Shown: positions 1 to 11,033 of the stretch, piece after piece
Layout of the letters: the number at the start of each line of letters is the position of its first letter
Position numbering within the stretch: position 1 is the first letter of the stretch
NCBI GenBank assembly: GCA_022813865.1
Contig: JALDZX010000005.1
Location: 248,001 to 312,000 of the forward strand
Length of the DNA: 64,000 nucleotides
Reading direction: 5' to 3'
Origin: Xylographa opegraphella
Taxonomy: Eukaryota
Program-made: the position numbers and the translations under genes
The notes under the pieces: model-generated
Seen by the model: only the letters and a program-made list of their open reading frames with translations
Told to the model about the DNA's origin: nothing
Databases searched by the model: none

Positions 1-1770
1 CCCGCCGCCTCGCTGATCTTACTCATCACGCCCTCGGCCGTTTCGCTCGCCTTCCCGGCCGCTTCCTTGGCAACCTCTGTCGCCGCCGGCGCCGCATGCG
101 GCATGTTGTCTGCCTCGCCCATGACGACCTCATCACCCGCGCTCGCGCTCGCCTTGTCGGCGTAGACGTCGATGTGGAACGAGCCGTGCTCCTTGACGAA
201 CTTGGCGAGGTCCTCGATGGTACGGTCGCCGCTGTACTCGACAGGGGCGGCCTTGGCGCCCGCAGCGAAGAGCTTGATGGTCGGGAAGCCTTGGATCTCG
301 TCCGGGACGTCGTTGGCCGTGGCGTCGACCTTGGCGATCGTGACTGGGTGGTTGGCGTACAGGGAGGCAAGTTCTTCGTATTTGGGAGCGAGGCTAGGGG
401 TGGGGGTTAGTATGCGTGGAGGCGTGTAAAGAGGAAGGGGAATGAAGGGTGTGGAGGTTAGAAAACGGAGAGCGCTTACGCTTTGCAGTGGCCGCACCAT
501 GGGGCGTAGAACTCGACGAGGACGTCCTTGGTCTCGTCCATGACGATATCGTTGTAGTTGTGCGCGACGACAACGGTGACCGGGCCGTCCTGTTTCTCCG
601 GAATGGGCTCGCTCTTGACGCTGGGCTGGATCTTACCGTCGACGAAGTCCTGGACGAACTTGGAAATGGCTTTCTCGGTAAGTTTCTGGTCTTGAGGAAG
701 GAAAGGGAATTTCTGATTCTTGGCGATCTCCTGAATGGCGAAGGCGGGGAATCTGTCGGCCGCGAGGTTGAGATTGCCGGCATGAGCGCCGAAGGCTTTA
801 GCGTCGATGGTGGCGAAGTTGACCTTCCCCTTGTGTTTCTCGGCGACGGGCTTGAGCTCGAGAGCAAGGGCATCACTCTCCTCTGTGGTCTCGGCGAAGA
901 TGTAGGCTAACGGGATACCAGCCTGAGACGTGTGTCAGTCGGGCGTTCGCGTAGACCATGGAGAATGATAGAGAATGACTTACAGCCATGTAGTTGGCAT
1001 ATGTGTCGGGGCCAACTTCGCCAATAAGTGGTGTAGCGGCGCTCTTGGTGAAGGCAATGATGGCTTCCTTGTCAAACTTTTCTTCGAATTTGTTCTCACC
1101 CTCGTCGAAGGTCTTGTACAGAACGATAGCGGGTTGCTTGACGCCAGCGGCTTTCGCCAGGGTGGCGTCATTGATGGCCCCAAATAGGTAATCATCTCGA
1201 AGAGAGTCGGCAACTTCTGTGAATGTAGTATTTGAAGCTTTATCATCGGCGGCAAAGTAAGCCACGATGACAACCTTGTCAGCGGTCTTGAACTCTTCAA
1301 GCGTTTCAGTTGTCAAAGTTGATACGGCGGGAAGCGATTGCTTTGTCATGTATGAAATAATGCTGGCAACCTGGTCAGCTGAAGCCCCTTTTGGATTGAA
1401 AGTGCAAAGTGTCTACTAACGCAGGAGCTTTTCGGGGTCCGCTGTAGGGAGCAACATTGTCTGGCCCTCTGAATACCTTGACTGTTGGGTATCCCTCAAC
1501 GCCGTAGTCCTTGCAAAGATCGGCTTCTTCTGTGCAGTCGACCTTGACAAGGGGAATGTCTTTCTCCTTCAGTGTGGTAGCGGCCTCTTCATATTCCGGG
1601 GCAAGCGCTTTGCAGTGTCCGCACCACGGGGCGAAGAACTCTGCTAGGACCAGGTCATGCGACTTGATGAAGTCTCCGAACGTATCTTTCTTGAGGTCAT
1701 GTACATCCGAAGCTGAAGCCACGGCAGCAGCACCGATCAGCCCAAGGGCAGCGTTCCTGAAATTCCTCAT
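1..1770 (-). CDS. PDI1: Protein disulfide-isomerase, 4 exons, C-terminus truncated by the window edge
   Basis: Signal peptide MRNFRNAALGLIGAAAVASA; two APWCGHCK thioredoxin sites; three GT-AG introns join ORFs 1375-1770, 873-1349 and the downstream frames; the frame is still open at position 1. Confidence 0.96.
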
Positions 1771-2151
1771 TGTGGTTGTGGGGAAACGAGTGGAGAAAGT
1801 ACTGAGGACGAGTGAAGGATGAGTGGAATCCCCTCAATCAAATATGGAGAACTCCTATGTTCTGGACCGAAGAAGATGTAAGTGCCTGAGGAGCATGCGA
1901 CAAAGCAAGTAGCCGAAGGTATTCTAGTCTACCTGAAGTTGCCAGATATTCCTCAACTCCGCCCTCGAAAGTCTCGCCAAGCCGGACCCCTAATTTCTCA
2001 TCATCGGCGCTAGATTGAGCCGCTAGCCCGCCGATAGCGCGCCACTTTTCAATATTTCACACAGGAACAGTCTAGCCTGATTTAGTCGATCCAAATAAAG
2101 TTGGGTAAAGTATCTTTGACTACCTTAGATACTTGTATACAAAGTGGGGAA

Positions 2152-2229
2152 AAAGAACCAATATACCCTTACCCTGTATTTAAAACTTAAAGAGCCGAAT
2201 ACCCCCTACCCTACTTTTCAAAATGAACC
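2152..2229. repeat. Degenerate tandem repeat of about 36 bp in an AT-rich patch
   Basis: aaagaaccaatatacccttaccctgtattt versus aaagagccgaataccccctaccctactttt, followed by a partial third unit aaatgaacc. Confidence 0.35.
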
Positions 2230-2263
2230 ATCTACTTAATTGTTCTCTCTCCATGAAGGGTAT

Positions 2264-2556
2264 CACGTGTCTAATACTACGATCTGAAACGCCAGCCAAC
2301 ATACAACAATGTGATTAGAATAATCTGGCAAGGCCACGTGATGCGAACATGCAATGCCTCCGCCTCCTCCACCTCTAGCCCATTTCCGTCCACTGCGCCA
2401 ATCTGATAGATCGACCTCAGGGATAATAATGGTGACACAACGCCCGGTCCGTTGGAGTTCATGCTCTTGCCGCTCTTCCCGCTCTTCCAACGACTGAGCC
2501 ACTTTTGGGGCTGGTTCGATTCCAACGAAGCCACTAGTTCCGCCTCACAACACGTG
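2264..2556. promoter_or_regulatory. Three CACGTG cores upstream of PDI1 (candidate UPR/bZIP or bHLH elements)
   Basis: CACGTG at 2264-2269 (GACACGTG on the minus strand), 2335-2340 (GCCACGTG) and 2551-2556, about 500-790 bp 5' of the PDI1 ATG. Confidence 0.3.
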
Positions 2557-2671
2557 AGATGGAGAACTCGGGCATCATGGAGCATGTTGAGATGCTCCAC
2601 AAAGGACGACACCATATGAGAAGAATGGCATGTCATGAGTAAACTATGTGGGATCGACCCCAATGATGTGA

Positions 2672-4665
2672 TTACTCCGTCTCTTCATCAACGTTGATGG
2701 CCATATAAGTCCCGCCTCCTGTGTTGACATCACCCTCGTCCTCCTTCGCCTTGCCCTCGAATTCCTTCGCCAAGTCCAACCCTTCCTTCTTGCCCCTGTC
2801 GACATCTACCATAGCCATCAATGGCACAGGTAGCGCAATGAGGATTGCCAGGAACGCGAACGCCGGACGGATCTCGCCGTAACGGTCTGTGATGACGCCT
2901 ACGATGGTCGGTCCAAAGACACTTGATCCCTTGTCGGTGATGGCGTAGAGCGCATAGAAGGCAGCTTCCGAACCGGGTGGGATAAGTTCGCCGAACAGAC
3001 TCCGGCAGTAGGCACCGAAGCCACTGAGGACAAAGCCGTAGACAGCACCAAGCATATACATTTCCCATTCCTGCTGAAGTCCAAACATCCCCAGACGCTG
3101 GATGAAAGGAATGTAGCCGAGCAAACCGTAGAGAGGGATGAGTTCGAAAATGCAGATGCAAGTGAAGATCGTGTGGGTGGGGCGGAGGTGGAAGTAACGG
3201 GAGAGGCGACTCCAAGCGAACGCACCAAATACACCAGAGAGTGTAGCGATCACGTTGATAAATGCCAGGGCCGTCGGAGCCATTTGTAGCTCGATTTTAG
3301 CGAACAGAACAGCCGTACCCGAGACGGTGGCAATCCCATCGCTAAGGAGAAACCAGGCCATGAGGAAAAAAACGACATCCTTGAGATGGCGCGCACGAAG
3401 TACCGTCTTGCCAAGTGAGCGCCACGCATATAAAAAGTACGATATCCAACTGCGGTTCGTCGCGCCGGGGATCGGAGGGCCCGGCCGAGGCCGCAGATAC
3501 AATGCTGCAGGAATGCTGAATACGAACCACCAGAAGCCAATAAAAAAGAGGACGAGTCGCAGAGAAAAGGTTTTCTGACCGGTCAGGAGGAGGATGAATA
3601 TCGAGAGCACTTGCACAAGCACAGCGGCGGAATAGCCAATGCCGATGCCATAGGACGAGATCTTGGTAGAAAAACGTAAGGCCGGAGAGGATGACGCCGG
3701 TCGCGGCGCCAATGCCTGGGGTGGAAGGAGTGCAGAAGTGGAGTTTTCGGGAATCAGAACCTCATCGGTATAAGTTTCAGTATCCTCTTGAGGCGTATGA
3801 TCATCCGAATTTCTCGACGGTTCTTGTGTATGCTGCAGTGTGGGGTGATGGCGCACTAGCAGAGGAAGAAAGGAGTTCAGGAGAACAAATGAAGCACCAA
3901 AGCAGGTATTAGATATTATTGCTAGCACAGCAGCAAGCAGGTAGACTTGAGGAACGACGGGTAGAAAGAGCATGGTCGCAATTGACCCAACCAATGCAAA
4001 GCCAAGTAAGAGCTTCTTGCGATATCGCCCATGGTCTGCCGCACCGGACATGGAAATGATCAATATTGCTTGGAGAAACACGCTCAGGGAAAAGGTGTAC
4101 ATTGCGAAACTGGCGGTGTTTATTTCGGCGCCCCAGAGGTGGATGACACATTGTCCTTTGTCTGCATGCTTCGCAAGGTCCTCTGCAAAGAGCCCATAGC
4201 TACCTGTTGGGGAAGCGCGGAACGGCCGACTGGTGCTGGCACTGCAAGGTGTCGTGCCATCTGACAACAGGACGCCTCGTTCCCGTGCCAACTGCTCGAG
4301 AGTGATGGGGATGAAGGAGCCTGGCACGCGAAGCCATTAGCAATGACACTCGCGGAGCTTCAACGGACAGTCTCACCGACACCGCAGACGACAAAGACCT
4401 CCGCAGCCCAGGCATAGCTGTACCAGCCGAACAGCTCCTTCTTACTCGTCCAACGAGTATCCTCGCCCGGGTATCGTGGTGGGGGGCCCTCGTCTGGCTC
4501 AGCTTGGCGGGCAGGCTCCATCGTGGACCGGTCAGAGACCGAATCTTCATCGTCAGCCTCGAAAGATGGCGTCGGAGACTGAAAGGATGCCTTGGAGCTG
4601 GATGGGACGCGTAGAAGAGGCTGCTGCTCCGTGGGCGAATAGAAGTCCTCAACTCGAGGGACCAT
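2672..4665 (-). CDS. ATG22: Autophagy-related vacuolar effluxer Atg22 (MFS), 2 exons
   Basis: [63 protein letters not shown]; about 12 hydrophobic segments; intron about 4321-4376 (GTGAGA...GCTAAT...CAG). Confidence 0.93.
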
Positions 4666-5060
4666 GGAGCGAGGACGAGTCGCAGGTGTAGCCGACCGAC
4701 TCTCGGCTCGTTCCGGGGGCGACCGGGGGAGTGGTGGGGGGTTGGGGTAAAATTAACTGGATTGTTTAGTGGGGAAACCCCTGGCGTAGTTGGTTACGAT
4801 GGGGGGAACTCAGTGGGAGGCCGGCAAGGAATGACGCAAGGTCGTGATGCTGTCCATGTTCGCAGATGCTGGAGGTTGATTCTCCCACCCTCCACGCTCT
4901 ACACCAGAATTACTCGTTTACTCCCCACCATGGGTAGAGAAGAGGGAGAAAGAGAAGGAGGGGCAATGGCGGGCCGGAGGGGCAGCTGATAAGATCCGCT
5001 GCGTTCTTTGGGGGCGCCGACATATACTTCTAGCCCACAGGCGCCAGTTGTAGATAGTCG

Positions 5061-5610
5061 TACTCCGTACCGTGTCAATGCTCGTCCGAGGGTTGGCGCT
5101 TGGGACGAATGGTGAAAGCGGCCAGTCTCCCATACTACTACTGCTGCAAGCCATGCACACCACCGCGCTTTTACCACATGATACGTCGCGCTGGGAATCG
5201 GGATGGAAGAAGCCTTCGACGCCAATCCTTTCGACGATGGCTTTCCCATGTGCAGTAGCTACGGCTGCTCCCCACACGGAGCCGGTGCTGCTGCGGCATC
5301 GTGTCGGGAAGGCCGTCACGCTTACGGAGTGAAATCGTTGTTGGAGTTGCTGTACGGGGTAGTTTGGTCGTGATTGAGGGATTCAAGTGACCAAGACCTT
5401 TGCCTGCCACACAGTGAGACGAAGAGTAAACACGAATATCTACATGCGTAAAAACCCACGATGCGAGTCAGCGGCCACCCATTGTTGAGAATGACACTTG
5501 TGACCATAGAGTTTCATTGGCCACTCCACACCTGCTCCCTTCTCCCGCTTGTCGCTGGCAGGTCCTATTCCGTGGGTGTAACGATTGAATTTACTTCCAA
5601 GTACTCCGTA
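5061..5610. promoter_or_regulatory. Cluster of TAC(T/C)CCGTA motifs in the ATG22/MED14 divergent intergenic region
   Basis: TACTCCGTA at 5061 and 5602, TACGGAGTG at 5323, TACGGGGTA at 5353. Confidence 0.45.
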
Positions 5611-6241
5611 GAAGCATTCAAGATTGACTTATGACTGGCTGCACGATTAATATCAGTTGCATGCGGAACTGAACTTGTCACGCCCTTGGCCGCTAACGCC
5701 AAGTCATCCCTGCACCCGCGTCTCCTCCCAATTCCTGTCCGCTGCCATCAACTGTCGCATCTGCAACACCCACTCTCCTACTGCACGACCTCGAGCACGT
5801 CGCTTTCGACACAGCCATCCTCGTCGCTCGGAGGCGTCGGCCACAACTGCTCCAGCGAGAACGGCCTGTTGACCTCAGCTGGTGGACACCCTCCCCACGA
5901 TACGGCTTGTTTGACCGTCGCCGGAATCAGCGCCCGGTTCACATGGTGGAGAAACAAACGGGACTCTCCCATCACTTCTGACCTGGTCCTAATTCTTGCT
6001 CCGCTCATTCGAACCTTCACTTCCACGTCCAATGCGATTTGAGGATCGTCGCTAGCATTCAGGTGCTGTCCTGCGAATCTCCTCCAAGCCTAGCCATCAA
6101 ACCACTGTCTCGCATGTCGTTCGGATAGGCAAGATTGATTCGATACCAAGCTTGGGGGAGGGATTGGTGGAGGTTCGGAAGAGGGAGGTGAACGGGTCTT
6201 GCGTGGAAGGGGCGGTAGCGGGGAGGGACCATCCGGACGTC

Positions 6242-9200
6242 ATGCCAGGAGTCCTCAAGCGGACATCTCCTCGGGGCGAACTGATTCCGACCATGGCTGC
6301 TGGCGAGGAGAGCAGGGAGATGATGAACGGGCAGGGATCGAGGAAGCGCAAGGCGGATGAGCTCGTCAACGGAGATACGCATGTCAATGGAGGAGTCTAC
6401 ACGACAAATGGTGTCTATGCCAATGGTGCCGTAGCAGATCTCGGCGTGTCTCCAGAGATTCTGGCCACGGTGGTACACGATGTTTCCAGTCAGCTGCCTC
6501 CAGAGATCGAGCATATTACGCAAGGATACATGCCACTTTCCAAGCTCATTATCCGTCTTGCGCAGGATACCTTCAACGGTCTCACCGATACTATCAATGA
6601 AATGGCAGATATGCAACCGCCCACAAACAATGTTGTATCACATATTAACAGCCTTGGATCAACACAGGCTTCACAGATCAACATTCAAAAGAAAAGTCGG
6701 ATGTGGGACTTCGCTCACGATCGGCGTGCAAAATTCATCAAGATCCTGGTACTATCGCAGTGGAGCCGTCAGGCAGAGTTGGTAGGCAAGGTCATAGACC
6801 TGAATTTCTGGCTCAACAGTGAGCGACAACTTTACAAAGATGCTACGGCCTGGATTGGTGAGCTCAAACGGATTCTCGGCCCTATGAAGCTGCCTAGCCC
6901 ACATTTGAAGACTGCTTTGGAAGCTCTTTCGACTGGGAAGGCGGCATGGCTGCCCGACGTGAGCTTTTCCATAAGCTCGTCCGTGTCTGCAGAACGCTAA
7001 CGAAGTTGTAGTTGGGCTATCTGCCTCCTGAACCATTGTCACCACAACAAATGCTAACGGCACTTCGGACGATCAATACTCTACTTCATATCCGCTTGAA
7101 CCTCCATGAGATCATTCCGCCAGCTTTGAAGAACTTTTCTATCTCCTCAGGGAGAGTGACTTTCCACGTCAAGGATGAATTCGAACTTGACCTCTCGATT
7201 GCAGATGAAGATCCATCGTCACAACTGTATTTTATTGATTTCCGGTTTTCGTTCTCTCCGTGCATGACAGACATACCGGCCGGTTGGCTGCGAAATGAGA
7301 TCGAGGGTAAATCCAACGATGTGCTTCGTAGAGAAGGGTTAGCCGGTTGCTACAACTTTCTACACGACTTGGTCCTTACACATAAGCTCCGTATACTACG
7401 CTCTCAGGCTACCGATTTGGCTAGGGCTCGCTGGTCGGAGAACATTAAGATAGAACCTGTCCATCGATCATTGGTCGTGCAATACTGGCTGAACAGGCCC
7501 GGTGGTAAGAGTTGGGTGGAGATTGGTATTCGAAGTGGCAGGATGGAGAAGAACTTGGGTTCGAAAAACTCAGGAATGCCTTGCATTGCGATCAGATGGC
7601 ATCGTAACGGCAAAGAAGTGACCGAATTCGAAATCGACATGAGTTTAGGAGACTTATCTATGGAAGGAATCCTGAAACAGATCATCGCGCTGCATACAAA
7701 CTACATATTCCGGGAAACAAAGAGAAGGCTTCGAGAATGGCCCATCTATGCGAAAAAAAGTTTTGCACTGAAGCACAAGGCTTCTGCGACTGAGCCTACA
7801 AATTGCCATCTGAAGGTGCAGGTCACAAGTGCAAGCACTGTGAAAATAATCCAGGAACCCATTTCAGGAGCATTCGCTTTGATACCATCATCTGCTTTAC
7901 ACAGCCGCTTGGAGCGTGACCTCAATGCATTGCGAGACCCCGCTGCTGAGGCGCACTCAAGAATCGCTTTTTCACGATGCATCAAAGGGATAGAAGAAAT
8001 AGAACGTCGATCACGGATGCTTGGGTGGCAGAGCTGGAAGATGCAGAATCCTACCCAGGAGGTTGTGAAAAAGCACTTTGGTGCGGATGTCATGCGACTT
8101 TCCTTCTTCAGGCCTGCATCGTGGTCGAAAGAATGGTCACTGGCAATCTCCACAAGTATGGCAGGTGACTTCTGGTGGGTTGTCGAGATGCGAGAGGTAC
8201 CAAAAAATCCAAGCACGGCAGAGCTTGCGTCCGGTCAAGCTCAGCCAATCCGGTCGGCCTTCAGGATTCCCATCGCTCCAAAAGATACACTAGTAAGTGA
8301 TCCATCCTACTCGGTGCTCTCGAACGTCGAGAACACTGCCGCCGCAATAATCAGTCAATGCATCGACTGCCGCGAGCTAGCCAACGCCCACATCCACCAC
8401 ACCCAGCAGAAACCCCCGGAGCCTCTCGACAACGTCCATGTTCCAGATCTCCTCATATTTTACGAAAAGCAACAAGTAGGAGAGCGTGGGCCGCAAACAC
8501 TCACGAAGATCCCTCCCTGGTGCCACGACGTTGTCAAATCCTCCTTCCGTGGCCTTTCCCGCTCCCGCACCTCCGTCATCACCATCGTCTCGGTCCGCCT
8601 CAGGGGCACCATCAGCAACATCGCCACCCTCACATCGACCACTTCCTCCTCTCTCGCCTTCCACCCCACCTCCGGCACCGTCGCCTTCCGCCTATCCACC
8701 CCCATCGGCCAACCCAGCATCCCCGCCCTCCTCGAACGCCTCGCCCGCATCGGCCGCCTTATCCGCTTTCTCGACATCCTCAAACGCCGTGCCCTTCCCT
8801 GCTCACACATCTCCCTCTCCGCCCTCACCTTCACCTACGCCCCTTCCCTCACCGCCACCATCCGCTTCGAAACCGACGCCCCCATGGCCATCGCCTTCGC
8901 CCCACTCAACCCTCACCTCCGCATCCAGGACTTCCTCGCCTCCATGCTCGCCGCCAAGCCCGGCCTCGAATATGTCACCTACATCCTGCACCTCACGCTC
9001 CCCCTCCTGCGCGCCTTCGCCGCCATCGAAGCCGCTCCGCGTAATCCCGCCTCCGAGCTCTTTGTCCTGCCCCGCGCGGCGACTTGGTACCGCGTGCGCT
9101 ACGAGGGCCCACATCTCGCGTACGAGATCCGTCTCCGCCAGCGCGGCGACCACGTGCTGTGGTTCTCGCGCAAGGCGACAGAGCAGGAGGCGTCGAAAGC

Positions 9201-9468
9201 GCTGGTCGAGGCGTGGGACAAGCTGTGTCACGGCCGCGGCGAGGGTTGGATGGGTCTCCGGGATGGGATCAGTGCCGAGGTGCTGGGCGTCGAGGCGCTG
9301 GTGCAGAGGATCGACGAGGTGGTGCGGGAGGTGGGCCTTACGGCCAATGCTGATGGGAATGGGAAAGCGGCGGCCGCGGACGAAGGGCCGAAAGAGGAGC
9401 CGGAGGCTATCAAGTCGGAGGTGCACGTCAAAAAGGAGAAGGAGAAGGAGGTCTTCGTGATCGACTGA
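6242..9468 (+). CDS. MED14: Mediator complex subunit Med14 (Rgr1), 2 exons
   Basis: LPPEIEHITQGYMPLSKLIIRLAQ, RAKFIKILVLSQWSR, SGRVTFHVKDEFELDLSIADED; intron 6959-7011 joins ORFs 6152-7000 and 7012-9468. Confidence 0.93.
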
Positions 9469-11033
9469 GTGCTCGGATCCGTGCTCCGAGATCAAGGCTG
9501 TGAGGCTGTGCTGGCGCGTGGCGTGACGGTCGTCCGGTATGGGGGAGGGTGGTGGATAGCGCTCTTGGGAGGCTCTTTTGCACGCGTTGGATAAGTACCT
9601 CCTCTAGCGCTCTGCGCTTCTTTCGCGTCCTTTCTTCTTTTTTTTTGGGCCTGCGAGCGGCCCTAGTGCGTTGCGGATACCCGGTTGGAGAGGGCGCGCG
9701 CTTGGGGTGTATGATACCTGCTCTTACCTTACCTTTGGGTAACGGGCTAGCTAGCTAGCTGGTGTAGAGCCGAGGATGTGGTTGCGGACAACGTGCGAGG
9801 GGCTAGGTTAAGATTAGCACGCAGTTGTGGTGCTCGTGATGGAGAGCTATGCTATGCCTGATGGCAGCAGTGATAAGGATATGATACGTTGAAGCACCAG
9901 CTGGTTCTCCCATGATGGTTGTGTTTGCTTCGAGCAGTGAGATGTGGTGGTAGTTTTGGGGGTACTGCTGGTAAGATACATGAAGTAATACCGTCACTTC
10001 ACTCGTCTCGACTCTCGAGCCTGGCCTAGATATGTAGATAATCATTGATATAACCATTGATATAATCTACTGCTCATCCCTTCTTCCTTCTTTCTCTAAG
10101 CTCCTCCACCCCCGACCCCGACTGCAGTCTCCCACCTCCCGGCCCTACTTCCGCTTCACTACCTATACAACACCCGTTTCCGACCGCCCCCCTCGAGAAC
10201 TCCTCGAAACCCATCGCCATCGCGCCCCTATTCCCGTCTCTATCCCTATCCCCACGCACCTATTTGTGGTAGCTCCTGAGTATCGATCCACCGTTTTCAC
10301 GGGGGAAAATAGTCATAATACCCTCCTGTGAGCGCTGTCGTCCGAGCCAACCAGCCACTGTATCGCTGATCTCTTCCACGCGCTAGGGTATCCGGAAAGA
10401 CGGATTGCGTAGGCGAAACAATTATTTCTTTGACCTCTTCTTCTTGCAAAGGGGGTTCATAAAGCTCTGTTCAGTAAGTCCTAAAGATTCTGAGCGGCGG
10501 AGTTTGTTCAGCTTCGGCTGTTCATACTGAAAGAAGCGGTGTGATGCGCAAATCCTGTTGGAGACAAATTGTGTAGTAAAGGGTATTATAATGGTGAGGG
10601 TTAATTGAAATGCGATCAAGCTTGGGGATTTCAGCTGGGGGATTGTCTTGGGGTTTTTGGGATTGTGGAAATGCTAGTGCGTGGGGAAGGACAAGAGCTG
10701 GAATGATGGGAATGATTATTTGGGAGTATGGCGAACAGATATTGGAAGACGCATGAACGTGAAGATGGAGCCCCAAGTAGAAGTATGGACAAAGAAACGC
10801 ATATCCTAGTCAACAGAAATCTGTTATAGAGAAATTACAATTTTGAGTACCAGGAGCTCAGGCTATACTCTTTTGACTTGATACACATAGTCTGAACATG
10901 ATGTTGCCTGCCACGTGCTTGAAGCCCCTGGCGATGTCCGAGCTTACCCTGCCCTGACTCTCAAACTATGTAGGGCTGGTATTGATTTCCACCATGACTG
11001 AAATTTCTACGAGCAATATCTCAATGATAGGAC

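Noticed and set aside
2513..2523. GGTTCGATTCC, a perfect tRNA T-loop/box B
   Set aside because: No acceptor, D or anticodon stems could be formed around it, so it is not called a tRNA; at most a lone box B.
8358..9495. Long overlapping and antisense ORFs (228-324 aa) within MED14, with similar ones in OCT1, KAR9, HRT3 and the methyltransferase
   Set aside because: Low-complexity Pro/Arg/Gly translations explained by stop-codon depletion in GC-skewed coding DNA.
9700..9745. U1-like ATACCTG/CTTACCT text
   Set aside because: It does not match the ATACTTACCT 5' end and lacks U1 stem-loops and an Sm site.
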